This document shows, in pieces, positions 26,756 to 40,089 of a stretch of DNA of 64,000 bases. Position numbers and translations under genes: made by a program. The stretch spans positions 5,704,001-5,768,000 of the forward strand of contig OX638164.1 of the NCBI GenBank assembly GCA_951804945.1, written 5' to 3'. The stretch comes from Podarcis cretensis (lineage: Eukaryota). Position 1 is the stretch's first letter. Each line of letters opens with the position of its first letter. The notes under the pieces were generated by a model. It did no database searches and had not been told where the DNA came from. It saw only the letters and a list, made by a program, of their open reading frames with translations.

Positions 26756-28354
26756 CTACACTGACTGAGGGTGGCTTTACGAGGGGCTCAGTTCTCTGGG
26801 AATTTGTGAACCCTCCTAGGAGAGGTCAGGGATTGGACCTGGGACTTCCTGCATGCAAAACATGTGCACAGCCAGATGAGCTATGGCCCTTCCCAGAAAT
26901 GGATGGAAGCTGCTCAACAGCACAGTGTAGCACATTACTTGGCAATACAAAATTCAGAGAAGTGTTCACTTTGAAGGACAGGTGTGGTTTGGTCCAGGCT
27001 TGTTCTCAAATTGCAAATTAGGCAGGTTCACCTTTAAATGAGAACTGAATTTAAACTGCCCCCCACCCCAGACCCTACATTTGGATTAGGGCATTTATCT
27101 TTCTTGCCCAAATACACACACATTTGTCCCTTAACAAACATGTATTTGGCAGATCACAAATTAGCATTTCCCAAATAACATACCTTCCAAGTTCCCCATC
27201 AATGAGTTTTTGGGGTTTTGTTTTTAAAATCAACCACTAACAATAATTACAGCCCCCCCCCCTTTCTTCTTCTTTAACTCAGCACAAGCAAACAGAGCTG
27301 GCAAATCTATGTTCAATTATGCTGACATCATTAAGACCTTAATGAAAACAGCATGCAGACTTTTTCCATTTTTCTTTTTACAAGAAATGGTTCCTCTCCC
27401 AATAATTATTTTAAAAAGATGAACCATCCCAATTGCTGTGTAAGCAAACAGAGGTTCATTTTCTTGAGCGCGCTACAACCGCGGCATCAAACAGACCACA
27501 AGAGACTCTTGTGAGTGCAAATACAATGATTTAAGGTCTATTCTATTACATTCTATATATTCCTCACTTTAATCTAGAGCTTTTAATCTTGGCTCAGGCC
27601 AGCACCATCCCTGGTTGACAGGGAACAGCAATTATTCTGACGGACGCTATGGACCTCTGCTTATTCCCCCCCACTGCGAGCCACTGAAGGGTATTTGACA
27701 GAGAATCCACTCTTTGACCGTTATTCTTTTATTTTTTTCTTAATGAAATGAAGTAAGAAGAAAGAGCTAACTGGGGGGGGGTTCTTTCTGAAAGACAACA
27801 TGGAGCTGATGTGGGGAGAGTGGCCCAGTTCTTACACTTTTTTGGTGGTTTAAGTAGGGCAGGGGTGGACTTCTTAGCCAAAGTCTAGGGCCCTGCAGCC
27901 TGGGATAAACAACCACACCCAGAGTAGCAGACAACAGAGAGAGAAGCAAACAGTCTAATATTTTTAAAGACATTTTATAGTTGGGCTGACGGACTGGTTA
28001 CAGATGCCCATGTTTTTGTTTTTACACCAATGCTGGTCTTACTCAGAGTAGGGTCACTGAAATTAATGGACACAACTAACTTAGGCCTATCAATTTAAGT
28101 GGCTTGTCTCTGAGTAAAACATACTTGGGTCTAACACAAATGCATTATTCTATTCTATAGCAAAACGGTGCTTATTCCTGAGTAAACTAATCAGGGCAGC
28201 AGGAGCAAACTTCACTTATTCCTCCATGGGTTGGTGCTGAAATTTAAGGGAGTTTTGCAGTTCTGAACTGCAGGCAGTCAAGAGTATTTCTTCTAAAAAC
28301 AACTGGGGTTAGAAAACTGTTTCTTGCTGTAGCATATAATGAATGCTGAAGAAG

Positions 28355-28510
28355 CCTATAGCTCAGTGGCACAGAACATCTGCTTTGCATGAAGAAGTCC
28401 CCAGATTCTGGGAATGTTCCCTGCCTGAAACCCTGGAGAGCCACTGCCAATCAATGTAGACAATACCAAGCTAGGTAAACCAGTGGTCTGACTTGGTATA
28501 AGGCAGTTAC
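28355..28510 (+). mobile_element. tRNA-derived SINE (gctcagtgg...tgcatgcagaaggtccc family), representative copy
   Basis: A-box tagctcagtgg, body cctgaaaccctggagagccactgcca, tail ggtctgacttggtataaggcag. Other copies near 290-470(-), 3840-3990(+), 14145-14330(+), 14490-14650(-), 30710-30900(+), 37500-37680(-), 37725-37890(-), 53800-53985(+) and 61775-62020(-). Confidence 0.75.
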
Positions 28511-28799
28511 TGTTGTTGCTACATTAAGAAAAAGGAAAAAATGGAAAAGGTCTGTGATAGCCTCTGCTGAATTCAGGCCATTAGAATATCTCCTCTGGGT
28601 TTGGCCCAGCCAAAGTTCACTGGGGCAGAAAGTGGGATAAATAAGCATGAGTACCATGGGCAATGAGGGCTCTAGCATGCTGTCTTCAAGTCTTAGGAAA
28701 GCTATCTGAGCACAAACAGGCTGGCCATGAATGCACAAAACGCCCACTGCAGATACATCTACGTAGAGCAGAGGTGGGGAACCCTGTGACCCTCTAGAT

Positions 28800-28934
28800 C
28801 AGCCTTTCTCAACCTGTGGGTCCCCAGAAGTTGTTGAACTACAACTCCCATCACCCCTATATAGCAAGGTCAGAGCTCAGGGATGATGGGAGTTGTAGTC
28901 CAACATCTGGGGACCCACGGGTTGAGAACCGCTG
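28800..28934. mobile_element. hAT MITE nested inside an older hAT MITE (28769-29029)
   Basis: Inner TSD CTCTAGAT at 28792-28799 and 28935-28942. Outer TSD acgtagag / atgtagag. Confidence 0.88.
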
Positions 28935-29867
28935 CTCTAGATGATGCTGTTCAACTACATCCTTGACCATTGGCCATGGGAACTGGAGTCCAACAATGTC
29001 TGGAAGGCCATAGTCCTGCCCCCAACTTGATGTAGAGGGTAACAGAGGATGTTGGCTTGACAATTACAACAGTGGAGCCAAACATGAGTGCGAACATGTG
29101 GTTGCTGTCGAAAATCGAGAACCCCGGGTCGAGTCCCCCCACTTCTCCCAGTAACATGGAGATACAGAAACAGGTGGTATGACATTGTTACAATTGGGAT
29201 TGCCCCAATTTGGGCCACAGATCGTTGGCTGTCATGGTGAGGGGTGGGAAGAAGCCAGACCAAATGTGACCAGAAGGGATCCTCAGGCAACTAACAACCC
29301 CCCCAGTGCCCCAGCAGGGCCTGCTGTCGGTGCCAGCCTTAGTCACCCCCACTTAAAAAATCGTAATCCCATATATTCAGCACCAGGTGGTTGCTATTTT
29401 AACTTGCAACCATGTCCCCAGTGTAGTGTCACTGGGGCATTGTGGGAAGTGTAAATGGTTGGTCAGCACTGATCACTGAGGTGCCAGTGGTATCCCTGGA
29501 TGAGCCCACCCAAGGGGAGGGATTGGCATAAGAAGAGACCTTCCCAGAGTATACTATGTCTGGAGTCCCCTCATGATTGGAGCTGGCACCAGGTGCCGTG
29601 GGGGAAACGAACAACACAGTAACAAGACATTCTGTTTGCCAATACTGGGAGGGGAAAGGGAAATTCGACTGGGGGCAGCTGTTAACTGCAGCAACTCACG
29701 TTGGGCATCACATTTAGTTCTGCCCCTTAATCACATATCACTTTCATGTATGGAATAATAAGCTCATGCAGGAGGAGGAGGAGGAGGAGGAGAAAAGCAA
29801 TGTATGGTACTTTCCAGTGAGTACAGCAAATTAATTAGAAGGCATGCTGGGATTGAACTGAACTCAC

Positions 29868-29912
29868 CACGGAGCTTTTATGGAAAAACATCCTGCTCCA
29901 AACAGGTAGGGT
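29868..29912 (-). CDS. BCAS3: BCAS3 45-nt cassette exon (PYLFGAGCFSIKAPC)
   Basis: Acceptor ctttccatgaag|A and donor CCGTG|gtgagt. Symmetric phase 2-2. The peptide matches the 15-aa segment recalled from the long BCAS3 isoform. Confidence 0.92.
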
Positions 29913-31043
29913 CTTCATGGAAAGGGGGAGAAATGCACAGAAATTAGATGGCAGAGGTCATCGTCAACAAGCAACACTCAAAATCATGCCATTTCAAAAA
30001 GAAAGAAAGAAAGGTTTTCTAATGGTCACCCGTTTTCTAAATGAAAAATATAATTCCCACCCGAAAGAGGGGGCTGAAAACCCCAATGCAAGAAACATGG
30101 GGATGTTACTGAAAATAGCAGCCCCATGCTGAGATCTCCCCTTCCTGCTCCGTAACGTGTAGTCCTGACATCACCAGGGACTAGTCCTCACGGAAGCAGT
30201 AAACCAGTGTGTTCTGGACTGTACCACGTCAGATTGCAGGTGGGTGAACACATGACTAAATGCTCTTCCATACAAGACGGACCTTGTCTGATCCAGCAAA
30301 TCATTTTGCATTTTTAATGCTAATCTCGAGGACCATGCAAGAGCTGTCCCTTCATCTTCTGGGCCATAGGTAGGCAACCTGCAGCTCTTCACATGTTCCT
30401 GGGCTCCAGCTCCCATCACCCTGGCCACTGGCCATGCTGAGCGAGGCTGATGGAAGCTAAGAGTGCTGCAATATTGGGAGGATCACAGCTTCCCAATCTT
30501 GGTCCTATCGGAAGGGAGAGCTTCACATATTCACATGCTCAGAATCCAAGGTGCGCATGCACATCAGTTTTCCATCAACATCTATGGAAAGCCAACAGAA
30601 ACATAAAGGGGGCATGTATACACTGCAGAGGTATGCACACAAAGTGCACATGCAAAATGTTTCCCTCTGCAACACTGACTAATTGCAAGAACCAGACTGG
30701 ATGTCTGGAAGGGACATGGCTTAGTAGAGCACATGCTTTGCACGTAGAAGATGCTATGTTCAATCCCTGGCATCTCCAGGTTTGGCCGGGAATGTCACCT
30801 GTCTGAAATCCTGGAGAGTCTCTGTCACTCAGGGTAGGCAACAGTGAGCTGCTTGGACCAAGGTTTTGACTTGGTATAAGGCAGCTTCACATGTTCCTAA
30901 AACTTGTGCTAGCAGCAGGGCCAGTTCATCCACTAGGAAAAGGGAAATTTGTGTCTCTGCTTATGCGGGCCCTGACAGGGGTTAGGAATGTGGCTAAATA
31001 TCAACAGAAACAATTCTGGAATTTAATAAAACAAAACAAAATA

Positions 31044-31260
31044 CAGTGGTATACCTTGGGTTAAGAACTTAATTCGTTCTGGAGGTCCGTTCTTAACCTG
31101 AAACTGTTCTTAGCCTGAGGTACCACTTTAGCTAATGGGGCCTCCCGCTGCTGACGTGCAATTTCTGTTCTCATCCTGAAGCAAAGTTCTTAACCTGAGG
31201 TACTATTTCTGGGTTAGCAGAGTCTGTAACCTGAAGCATCTGTAACCCGAGGTACCACTG
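31044..31260. mobile_element. Tc1/mariner MITE, family B
   Basis: TA|cagtggtataccttgggtt ... aacccgaggtaccactg|TA. Near-identical to 58816-59057. Confidence 0.88.
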
Positions 31261-32058
31261 TACAAAGTATTGAAGGCAACGAAACCTCAGGGATCAAATG
31301 AAAAACAAAATATGGAAAGCTGTAAATGAGAGAAGTTGTGACTTAGTAGTACCACGGAGGCCTAAATTCAACCCCCCCCCTCAAATGGTTTTGTGGCCGA
31401 AACAAGCTAACCCCTATGCATGTGCATCAAAGGTGCTTGGGCAAGGTATAACCTTCAAGAACATGGGGTTGAAATCCACTTTGTTCATTATATAATTTAC
31501 ACAGGAGTAGACCTACAACATGCTTCTAATGCATTGTCACCCACATAGTAGTGAACAATATCCCCATATCTGAGACACCTGCCATTTATGATTTTCATGC
31601 AGTAAACAAAAAAGAATCTGCTACCAAATCATCTACTGGTTTTTGCATTCAGGTGCACAGCGCCGAACCCACAAGTGACCAGGACACATCATAAAGTTGT
31701 CACTGGAACGTCACTAAAAGGGCAGGGCAGGGGTGGAACTGGGTGTTTGCAGGCTTTTTCAATGGGCTTCTGTTTTCACGCAATTTCACGCAAGCACGCA
31801 ATGACCCGGGATGCCACCCCGGCGTGAATGAGGGGTTGCCTGTATTTAGAAATAACTATAATTTAAACAGAAAACTAATACATCTCACTGTATTTGGTGA
31901 CAACTTACAAAAACACACAACAACAGCCATTAAGGACATTTGGCAACTTTAATGTATGTAACACAGGCTCTGGAACTTTTTATCCCTTGAAGTCATGATG
32001 TGCCTTGTACATTGCAATGGTTCTTTCATTGTATTTCCCCTCTTTTTCTGTATTTTAA

Positions 32059-32092
<34 letters not shown>

Positions 32093-32984
32093 GTGGAGAG
32101 AGGGAGAGAGAGACAGACAGACAGACATGGTGGACAGGTGTTAACTGATGATAGGGGCACCTTCAAGACTTCTGCTCTCAGGGCCGGCCCTTCCGTTAGG
32201 CAGAGTGAGGAAGTTTCAATGGGCAACTTCAAGGACAGCCCCACCCATCACTTCTTTATCAAGTGGACAGCCCTTGCAACAGATTAGGCTTTCCATTACA
32301 GGACTGCCTAGGATAGCCTTTGAAATGAAGGGCTGTCTCTTTAAAGTAGGACACATGGACAACCCATTAAATCTGGAGTGAAGCACAACACAGTTGAGTG
32401 GAAAATCAAGATACAGGAGCTCTGTGATTCTTTTCTCTTTCAAAAAAGAGCTTCTTGCCCGACATCTGCAAAGGTGTGGGAATGGGCTGATTTATGTCGT
32501 CGTCCCCCCCCCCCACTTCATCTTTCAGAGGCAGAAGAAAAGTGAGAGGGAAAGCCAAATGTTTGCAAAAGGTTGACCGGAATATGGCCAGAAAGAGTCC
32601 CGCTATCAAAACTGATGTCTGGGATCACCCGCCTGACAAGGATCTGAGCATGTTTTCTGAGCAGCTTCCAACGCAGAAGGGCTCTGTGTGCATTAATAAA
32701 AAAGGACAATGTACAAAATTTACAAGAGAAACCATCCTCGAATCGACAGCACCAGATGGCTGAGTTGGGTGACAAGAACACAGCAATGTCAAGCCAAAGA
32801 AACCATCGGGCCTGTCCGACAGCTACTAGGTTCACTGCATGCGCAAAACAGATGATTGCTATTTTCACCCCAGGAGAATCCCTTGGGTTTTCTAAAAAAT
32901 GGATTTATGTAAACATTTTTTGAAACTGTAAAGACAATAAAACAAAATAAAATATGGGTTAAAGAATACTGCTACTACAACCAC

Positions 32985-32985
<1 letters not shown>

Positions 32986-33033
<48 letters not shown>
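32986..33033. repeat. (TAA)n microsatellite
   Basis: Direct reading. Confidence 0.95.
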
Positions 33034-33034
<1 letters not shown>

Positions 33035-33200
33035 GTAGCAGCCTTTAGCTCAGCCTTCCCCAATCTGGTGCCCTCTGGATGTTTTAGACTCCAAATTTCT
33101 TTGACCGTCAGCAATGCTGGTTGAGACTGATGGGAGTCCAAAACCTCTGCTGAGGACCAGGTTGGGGAAGGCTACTTTAGTTGATGAGTAGGTTAGATCA

Positions 33201-33565
33201 GTGGACGCAGGTGGCGCTGTGGGTTAAAGCCTCAGCGCCTAGGGCTTGCCGATCGAAAGGTCAGCGGTTTGAATCCCTGCGGCGGGGTGCGCTCCCGCTG
33301 CTCGGTCCCAGCGCCTGCCAACCTAGCAGTTCGAAAGCACCTCCGGGTGCAAGTAGATAAATAGGGACCGCTTACCAGCGGGAAGGTAAACGGCGTTTCC
33401 GTGTGCAGCTCTGGCTCGCCAGAACAGCGATGTCACGCTGGCCACGTGACCCGGAAGTGTCTCCGGACAGCGCTGGCCCCTGGCCTCTTAAGTGAGATGG
33501 GCGCACAACCCCAGAGTCTGTCAAGACTGGCCCGTACGGGCAGGGGTACCTTTACCTTTACCTTT
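33201..33565 (+). mobile_element. Sauria SINE (lacertid type), full length
   Basis: Head ggacgcaggtggcgctgtgggttaaag, B-box-like ggtttgaatccc, (ACCTTT)n tail. 12-bp TSD TAGGTTAGATCA at 33189-33200 and 33566-33577. Confidence 0.93.
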
Positions 33566-35274
33566 TAGGTTAGATCAATTGGTTAAAAAACAAAAGCAGC
33601 GCCTTCATTTTAGTTGGAACCCTTCTCTCTCACTTCTGCTATTGTTCATCGTTTGGGTTACAAGCTGTGAAAATTAGGACCCGTAACGTGGTAGAAGCAT
33701 CCATTATGATTTGCTGCTGATTAATCTATGGGTAGCACAGCACATTCCCTCCCATTAAATATTAGACAGGCACTATCTCTGGACTTTTGGAATCTGCTGA
33801 AGACCTTTCTCTTCCAACAAGCCTGCATCTAAATTGAATTTTTTAAAATAAGTTTTATGGCTTGTGTGTTCAATGCCCTTGGGCTCCTTTGGGAGGAAGG
33901 GTGGTATATACCTATATTACCAACATCACCACCACCATCATCATAATCATCAATATCAATATCAACAACAGCTGTGGTTTGTTATTTAACCCTACGGAAC
34001 TGGGTATATTTGCTTTTAAAATCATCTCTCTACAATGCATCACAGAACCACAGGATTGTAGAGCTGGGAGGGTTACCTCTGTCCCCTTCAATGCAGGAAT
34101 CACAGCTAGAGACAAGTGGCCAGCCAACCTTCACTGAAGGAGAGTCCACCACATCCCAAGATTGTTCTTTGACTAAGAACATGCAGCTGCCATGAAGCTA
34201 TTGTCCCCTCCTTAGTAATTTTCTCCTTGGAAGAGGCACCACAAGGCTCCATTCCTCAGAATCACATCAAGGATAAGGGGTTGCTGGAAAGCATTTTGTC
34301 AAGTGATTATGTTCCCCAACTATTTTTTCGTATCCACCCCTCAGTTCACTGTTTTACATTCTGGGGGTTAAGGAAAGTGAATTGGGTATTTCTAAATTTG
34401 ATATCGTACCACTACCCAACCAGAGCCCCAGGAATAAACTACGGTACAAATCTGAACCCACAGATCTAACCCACTCTTCCAAAACATTATGACTTGCGAA
34501 TTTAATTTCCATAAATGTGTTGCCTTCTGGTTTTGTTTTGTGTGTTTGAAATCTAGGGATTTAATTCAAATTTTTGTCATCCTTTAAGAGTTTGGTTTTG
34601 GTTTTCTTTTGTTATTTCCTATTCAGCTGGTACTGCTCCTCTTACCAAAAGGGGGAAAATAGGGGGGAGGGAGAGAAAAAAAGAAGTCTGAACCACTAAT
34701 AGGTCCTGGAAAGGATTAAAGTCTCCAGAGTTCAAAAGAGATCAAACGGATATCAGTGATTTTATGAACAAATCGTACACGAGATGGGAAACGTTAAAAG
34801 ATGATAACATCTCAGCCAGATCCCACATCAAAAAAATGTGTTATCTACATTCTTCTTCCCGAACTGCAAAAACAAACGTAACTGACTGAGCTCCACCATG
34901 CTGAAGGGAGTTTCTTGCTAGCTAAACTTTTGCTAAACTGGGCAAAGGTTAGATCTATAAAGCTGTGCATCTATTCACTTCCCAGGGATGGGATCCAAAA
35001 ATTCTGAGCTCTGGAGGGGCATCAGGCTTGGGTTGTTTCTTGACCACCTCATCTCCCATCGTCATCTGGCAGGCAGACCACTTTTATAAACAGAAGGGGC
35101 TTTCAAAGGATGGTAAGTGGGCCATTGTTTTTTTAAAAAAGCCCACTATTTAATAGTATTACCTAAATTAGGGTGGCTCAACTTTGCATACCAAGAAAGC
35201 TGCAATAGTGCTTTGGCACAGAAGCCACAGGCCACACTCTGTTTTGTCACGTGGTGGGGGAAAGCAAGACCAAA

Positions 35275-35540
35275 ATTTGAGGCCCCCCCCCCCCCCCGAC
35301 CTCACGCTGCCTTCCCAAAGTTAGCTAAGCAAGGTGCAGGGCTTGGGGAAGGAAGCATGGAGCTCTGGCAGGGTCCTAGAGCCCTCCCACCTCCTTCCCA
35401 AAGCTGGGAAAGTGTGAAGTAGGCTTTGGGAGGGAGGTGGGAGGACTCTAGGACCCTGTCGGAGCCTCAAGCCCCAAAGCCTAGCACCTCACTTACCTGG
35501 CTTTGGGAAGGCAGTGTGAGGGCTGGGGAGGTGTCAAATG
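35275..35540. repeat. Foldback inverted repeat, ~265 bp
   Basis: Arms ctcacgctgccttcccaaag / ctttgggaaggcagtgtgag and cagggtcctagagccctcccacctccttcccaaagc / gctttgggagggaggtgggaggactctaggaccctg. Confidence 0.85.
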
Positions 35541-36065
35541 TTGCTGAGGGCTGCCCTAAAGGTCTTGAGGGCCGTATGGAAGTGAGAGAAGGCATTGAAA
35601 AGTGATATGGAAAGTCTGGGTCTCCTATGTCCCCCTAATGTGCAGGTCTATTGTGGAGTATTGTGGTGCACGCACAATGACTCATATTTGACTGAGGCCC
35701 CAGCTGACCCCTCCACATGCAGGCAGAGGGAATCATGCACACAGAACTGTATCCAACATGATTCATACTCAAGACTAGATCCACTGCAATCAATGGACAT
35801 AGCTAATATAGGTCAATAATATAGGTCCTCCCCAAAACAAGCTACTGTGTTGATGGAGAGGCCACTTACTGTATGCATTGCCAAAAAACAAAAGAGGGCG
35901 TAGATTTACATAAAAATTGCACATGCTAATTCATATCCCTAGATGTCCGTTTAGAAAGAATGATTGAAATTTAAAGAGATTACGCAGCTCCTCTCACCAT
36001 AGAAGGGAAGGCGCAGGCTTCTCCTAGTTACAATGTCCTTATCTTTAAAATGGACTTAAACTATA

Positions 36066-36306
36066 CAGTCATACCTCGTGTTGCGTTTGCTTCAGGTTGA
36101 GCATTTTCAGGTTGCGTCCCGCGGCGACTCGAAAGTATTGGAAAAGGTTACTTCCAGGTTTCGCCACTTGCGCATGTGCAGATGCTCAAAATGACGTCAC
36201 GCACATCCGCAGAAGCGGCGAAATCACGACCTGTGCACGCTGCTTTCTGCTCAGGCTGCGAATGGGGCTCCAGAACGGATCCCGTTCACAACCAGACGTA
36301 CCACTG
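36066..36306. mobile_element. Tc1/mariner MITE, family A
   Basis: TA|cagtcatacctc ... gtaccactg|TA. Confidence 0.85.
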
Positions 36307-37185
36307 TACAGCCCATGCCGCCCTTAAGATAGTTAAGAGTCCTCTGTAAAATAGGACACTAAGCCACCACACTACCTGATCAATGAGGTTATAGGGAAGA
36401 AAATCATTGTGAACTATTTCAAAAATAGGAGGATGTTGGTGTGTGTGTGTAATATATCAAATAACCTTGGGTAAAAATGATTGCCATTTCAGAATTATCT
36501 GGTATTGGCCCAGAATCGCTTTTTTAAAATCTAGCACTGCCTGGGTAGCCTAGTGACAGATCTGAGACTTTGAAGACGAATTGAAGGGAGAGGAAAATGC
36601 CAATCTTCTTCCCCCTCCCTCATTGCACAGGAGACAGTTGCAAAATCCGGTGGGTTCCAGGCACTTCTCCTCCTGACTAAAGCACAATCGCCAAGGTTAG
36701 GCAGCTGCTGCCAGAATGAGAGAGAGGGAGAGAAAGGGGGAGGGCCTTGTTCCCTCGGAGCGGCGCTTAAAGGTGTTGCCCACGTAGGTGTAAATACATC
36801 TGTCTTCTGCCATTTGTGGTAATACACTCGCCCTACACTTTTCAGAGCCAGGCAGATGGTCCCTGCCCTGTCTTCCTATTACAGCCTCGCGTCGCTCCGT
36901 GCTCCAAGAAATAGGAGGGCAGATGTTAAATATGTTAAACACACGCTTTGCCCCCTGGAGGTTTAAGTTAAGGCTGCTGTCTCAATTTGGCCATTTTAGG
37001 CCTTGCCAAGCTTCAGGGAACATCGGCGTTCCGCTTCATTCTCTCCTCCACAAAAGGGGCTTCCCGTCCACCCCCCCCCAACACTTGCATTCAGATGGTG
37101 GGCCCAATCCACTAGGAACATCTCTGCAAACCTCCAGCCTTGTGTAAGCAACTGCAGAGCCCCCCTATTTCTATCCAACAGTGTT

Positions 37186-37191
<6 letters not shown>

Positions 37192-37222
<31 letters not shown>
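37192..37222. repeat. (TG)n microsatellite
   Basis: Direct reading. Confidence 0.95.
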
Positions 37223-37224
<2 letters not shown>

Positions 37225-38514
37225 CCCCGCTAAATTTTGGATGCACAAGAAATGGAATTGGTTTGGAATCTGAATGGGCTTTAAATTATTTCTGTCTGTG
37301 GCTGTTCTTCGGTTTCAGTTTCCTGCTGTTTTGCCAGGAGAGGACGGTGAGCCAACTTTTTTTCTTCTTTTTTTGGAGGGGGAGAGTTTCATAATTGTTT
37401 GTAAATGTTAAATATATCTATATCTATCTAACTAATCTATCTATAGCACATGCTCTAGCCAAGAATAAGCAATTTTAAGTCCTATTGATTTCAACAGGAC
37501 ACAGGAGCACAGGAAGTTGCCTTATACTGAGTTGCTTTATCCAGCTCTACACTGACTGGCAGTGGCTCTGCAGAATTACAGACAGAGGATAATCTCAGCC
37601 CTGCCTGAAGATGCCATTGGGGATTGAACCTGGAACCTTCCGCATGCAAAGCAGACACTCTACCACTGAGCTACGGTCCTCCCTTAAAAACAGACAGAAG
37701 CACAAGGTGAGTTAAGTAACAACCATATGTAGCTGCCATATTCTGAGCCAGAACCTTGGGTGCATCCAGCTCAATACTGTCTACACTGACAGGCAGCAGC
37801 TCTCTAGGGTTTTAGGCAGGAGACATCCCCAGCCCCACCAGCGAATGAACTTGATGCCTTCTTTATTCAAAGCGGATTCCCTTCCATGGAGCAGTTGATG
37901 TAGATCTGTGTAAGGCGCTCCTGGAACTGGGGCAATCCCTTTCTTCTAATTTATAAGCATAATTTCAGTATGCTGTACTTGTTTACTCATATAACAGCCC
38001 TAGAAAGGTGCTGAACTGAGAGGCAGTGATACTCCCAGGGCCATTTAGTGAGCTTCCTGGACTAAAAGATGTGAACCTGGGTCCCCCGTCCAACAGTCTG
38101 TGTGCTGCTTTCACACTCTGCCCTTGCCTTCTGGAGTCCACAGAGGCCCTTTGAGTTCCTTCTACTCTATTACACAGGAAGCTGCCACAGAGTGACACAA
38201 AGCGATTTACATTAAAACCAATTAAGAACATCCATTTTTTTCCTCTATTCTAAAATCACAGACAAAACAGACCAGGACTTACTGATCCGACTCCAGTAAA
38301 ATAGACCACAATGCTACAACTTCCAATTAAGGGCCAAAATCCTAGGCCAAAAAGAGAGAGAAAAGATAGTCGGTGCCAGGAGTGCCTCCTTGGGGACAGC
38401 ATTCCACAAGGTGGGGGCCACCACTGAAAAGCCATGCTTTTGTGTTGCCCCCTTCCAGACCTCTCATGGGGGTACATAAAGAAGTCAAACCCATCTAGCT
38501 CAGTATTGCCTGTA

Positions 38515-38773
38515 CAGTCATACCTCATGTTACGTTTGCTTCATGTTACTTTTTTCAGGTTGCGTCCTGCGGCGACCCAGAAGTACCGGAAAGGGTTACT
38601 TCTGGGTTTCGCTGCTCGCACATGCGCAGTAGCGCTAAATCACGCTTTGCGCATGAGCAGAAGCGCCAAATCACACCGCACACCTGCACAGATACGGCAC
38701 TTCAGGTTGCGGGCTTTTCATGTTGTGAATGGGCCTCCGGAACGGATCCCGTTCACAACCAAAGGTACCACTG
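38515..38773. mobile_element. Tc1/mariner MITE, family A, nested in a tRNA-SINE
   Basis: TA|cagtcatacctc ... aggtaccactg|TA. SINE sequence ccatctagctcagtattg resumes as ...gcagctccccaggatttc. Confidence 0.85.
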
Positions 38774-40089
38774 TACTGTATGAAAGCAGCTCCCCAGGAT
38801 TTCAAAAAAGGGGTTTTCCCAGCCCTACTTGGAGGTGCCCGCACCGAGTTACAGCCTCTCCACTCTTCTGAATTGTATTTGCTCTATCCCTCCGTCAAAA
38901 TGAATATGCAACCTTCACTCACTTGAGACACAAGGCAAAAAAACCCCTGCAGGGCTTTGATACATACACGGATACATAATTTTATTTGTATGCTGCCTTT
39001 CCACAGTTCAAACCATGCTTGGGGCGGCTTACAACATGAAACAAATACATAACTACAACAAAAGTAGCCATGAACATTAAAAAAATATACAACCAAACTG
39101 AACCATTTCCACATAAATCACAAGATCTAAAATGAAAAAACCAACAGCAACAACCCCTGCCCCAAACAACACTCCAGCTGAATTTTTCAGTAGAGCCAAA
39201 AATAAATTGTAGCTGGAGTCAGCCAGGGCCCTGCCTTTCCAGGCCAGGTAGAAAAAGGCCTGCAAGTCAAGGACCAGGAGTCACAACCAAGAAGCTCCAC
39301 ATTCAGAGGGGCTCCCTTTTATAGGCAAAGGAACGTTCATGTGTGTATCAGAGTCTCCGTGCTCACAGAGGACCTGCTGGATCAGCGCCTGCTTTGATGT
39401 ACCATCAGAGGATAAGAGGAGGCTCAAAAACCATCCCGGATGTTTCTTTTAGTCTCAGGGATGTTGAAGGATAGCAATTCAAGCATTGGAAATGCTGAAA
39501 GATCTTCAAAAGATTATGGAGTAAGCCGCTCAGTATTTAACTAGCCTATCTCAAACGGCAAGAGGGCTAAATCAACCATGATCAAATGCAAGAGTTGCAG
39601 CCTGGAGAAACAAGAGGGCATTTCAGCCCCGCAGCATCAGGAGCAAACACCAGACATTGTGAGACATGCAGAGAGGAAAGCCGCCCCCCCCATCCCCCCC
39701 TTGCCTTTCCCCCCTTGGAGAAGCTACTAAAGGGAAGGAATGGCAGAGTAATGCCGCCCGGACAAAATCCTCTCTAGAACCCTACCCAAGGATCCGTATC
39801 CATACACAGGTTAAAGGAAATGGGTTATCTAAAATGGGGGTAACCAACAAGGTAGTCTGCAGATCCTGTTGGACTGCAATTCCCATCATCCATAACCACT
39901 GACTGGGGCTGATGGGAGTTGGAGTCCAACAGCAACTGAATGGCACTACATGGGTTTTCCTTGCTCCAGTAGGACAGGAGACGTGCCCTGGAGTAAGAAA
40001 ATGATTACTGGGTGTCCTCTGGCTTAACTCAGCCACTTCACTTTTTTATGGGTTTCTTACACTGGTTTGGTCTACACATTCAGTAGTGC

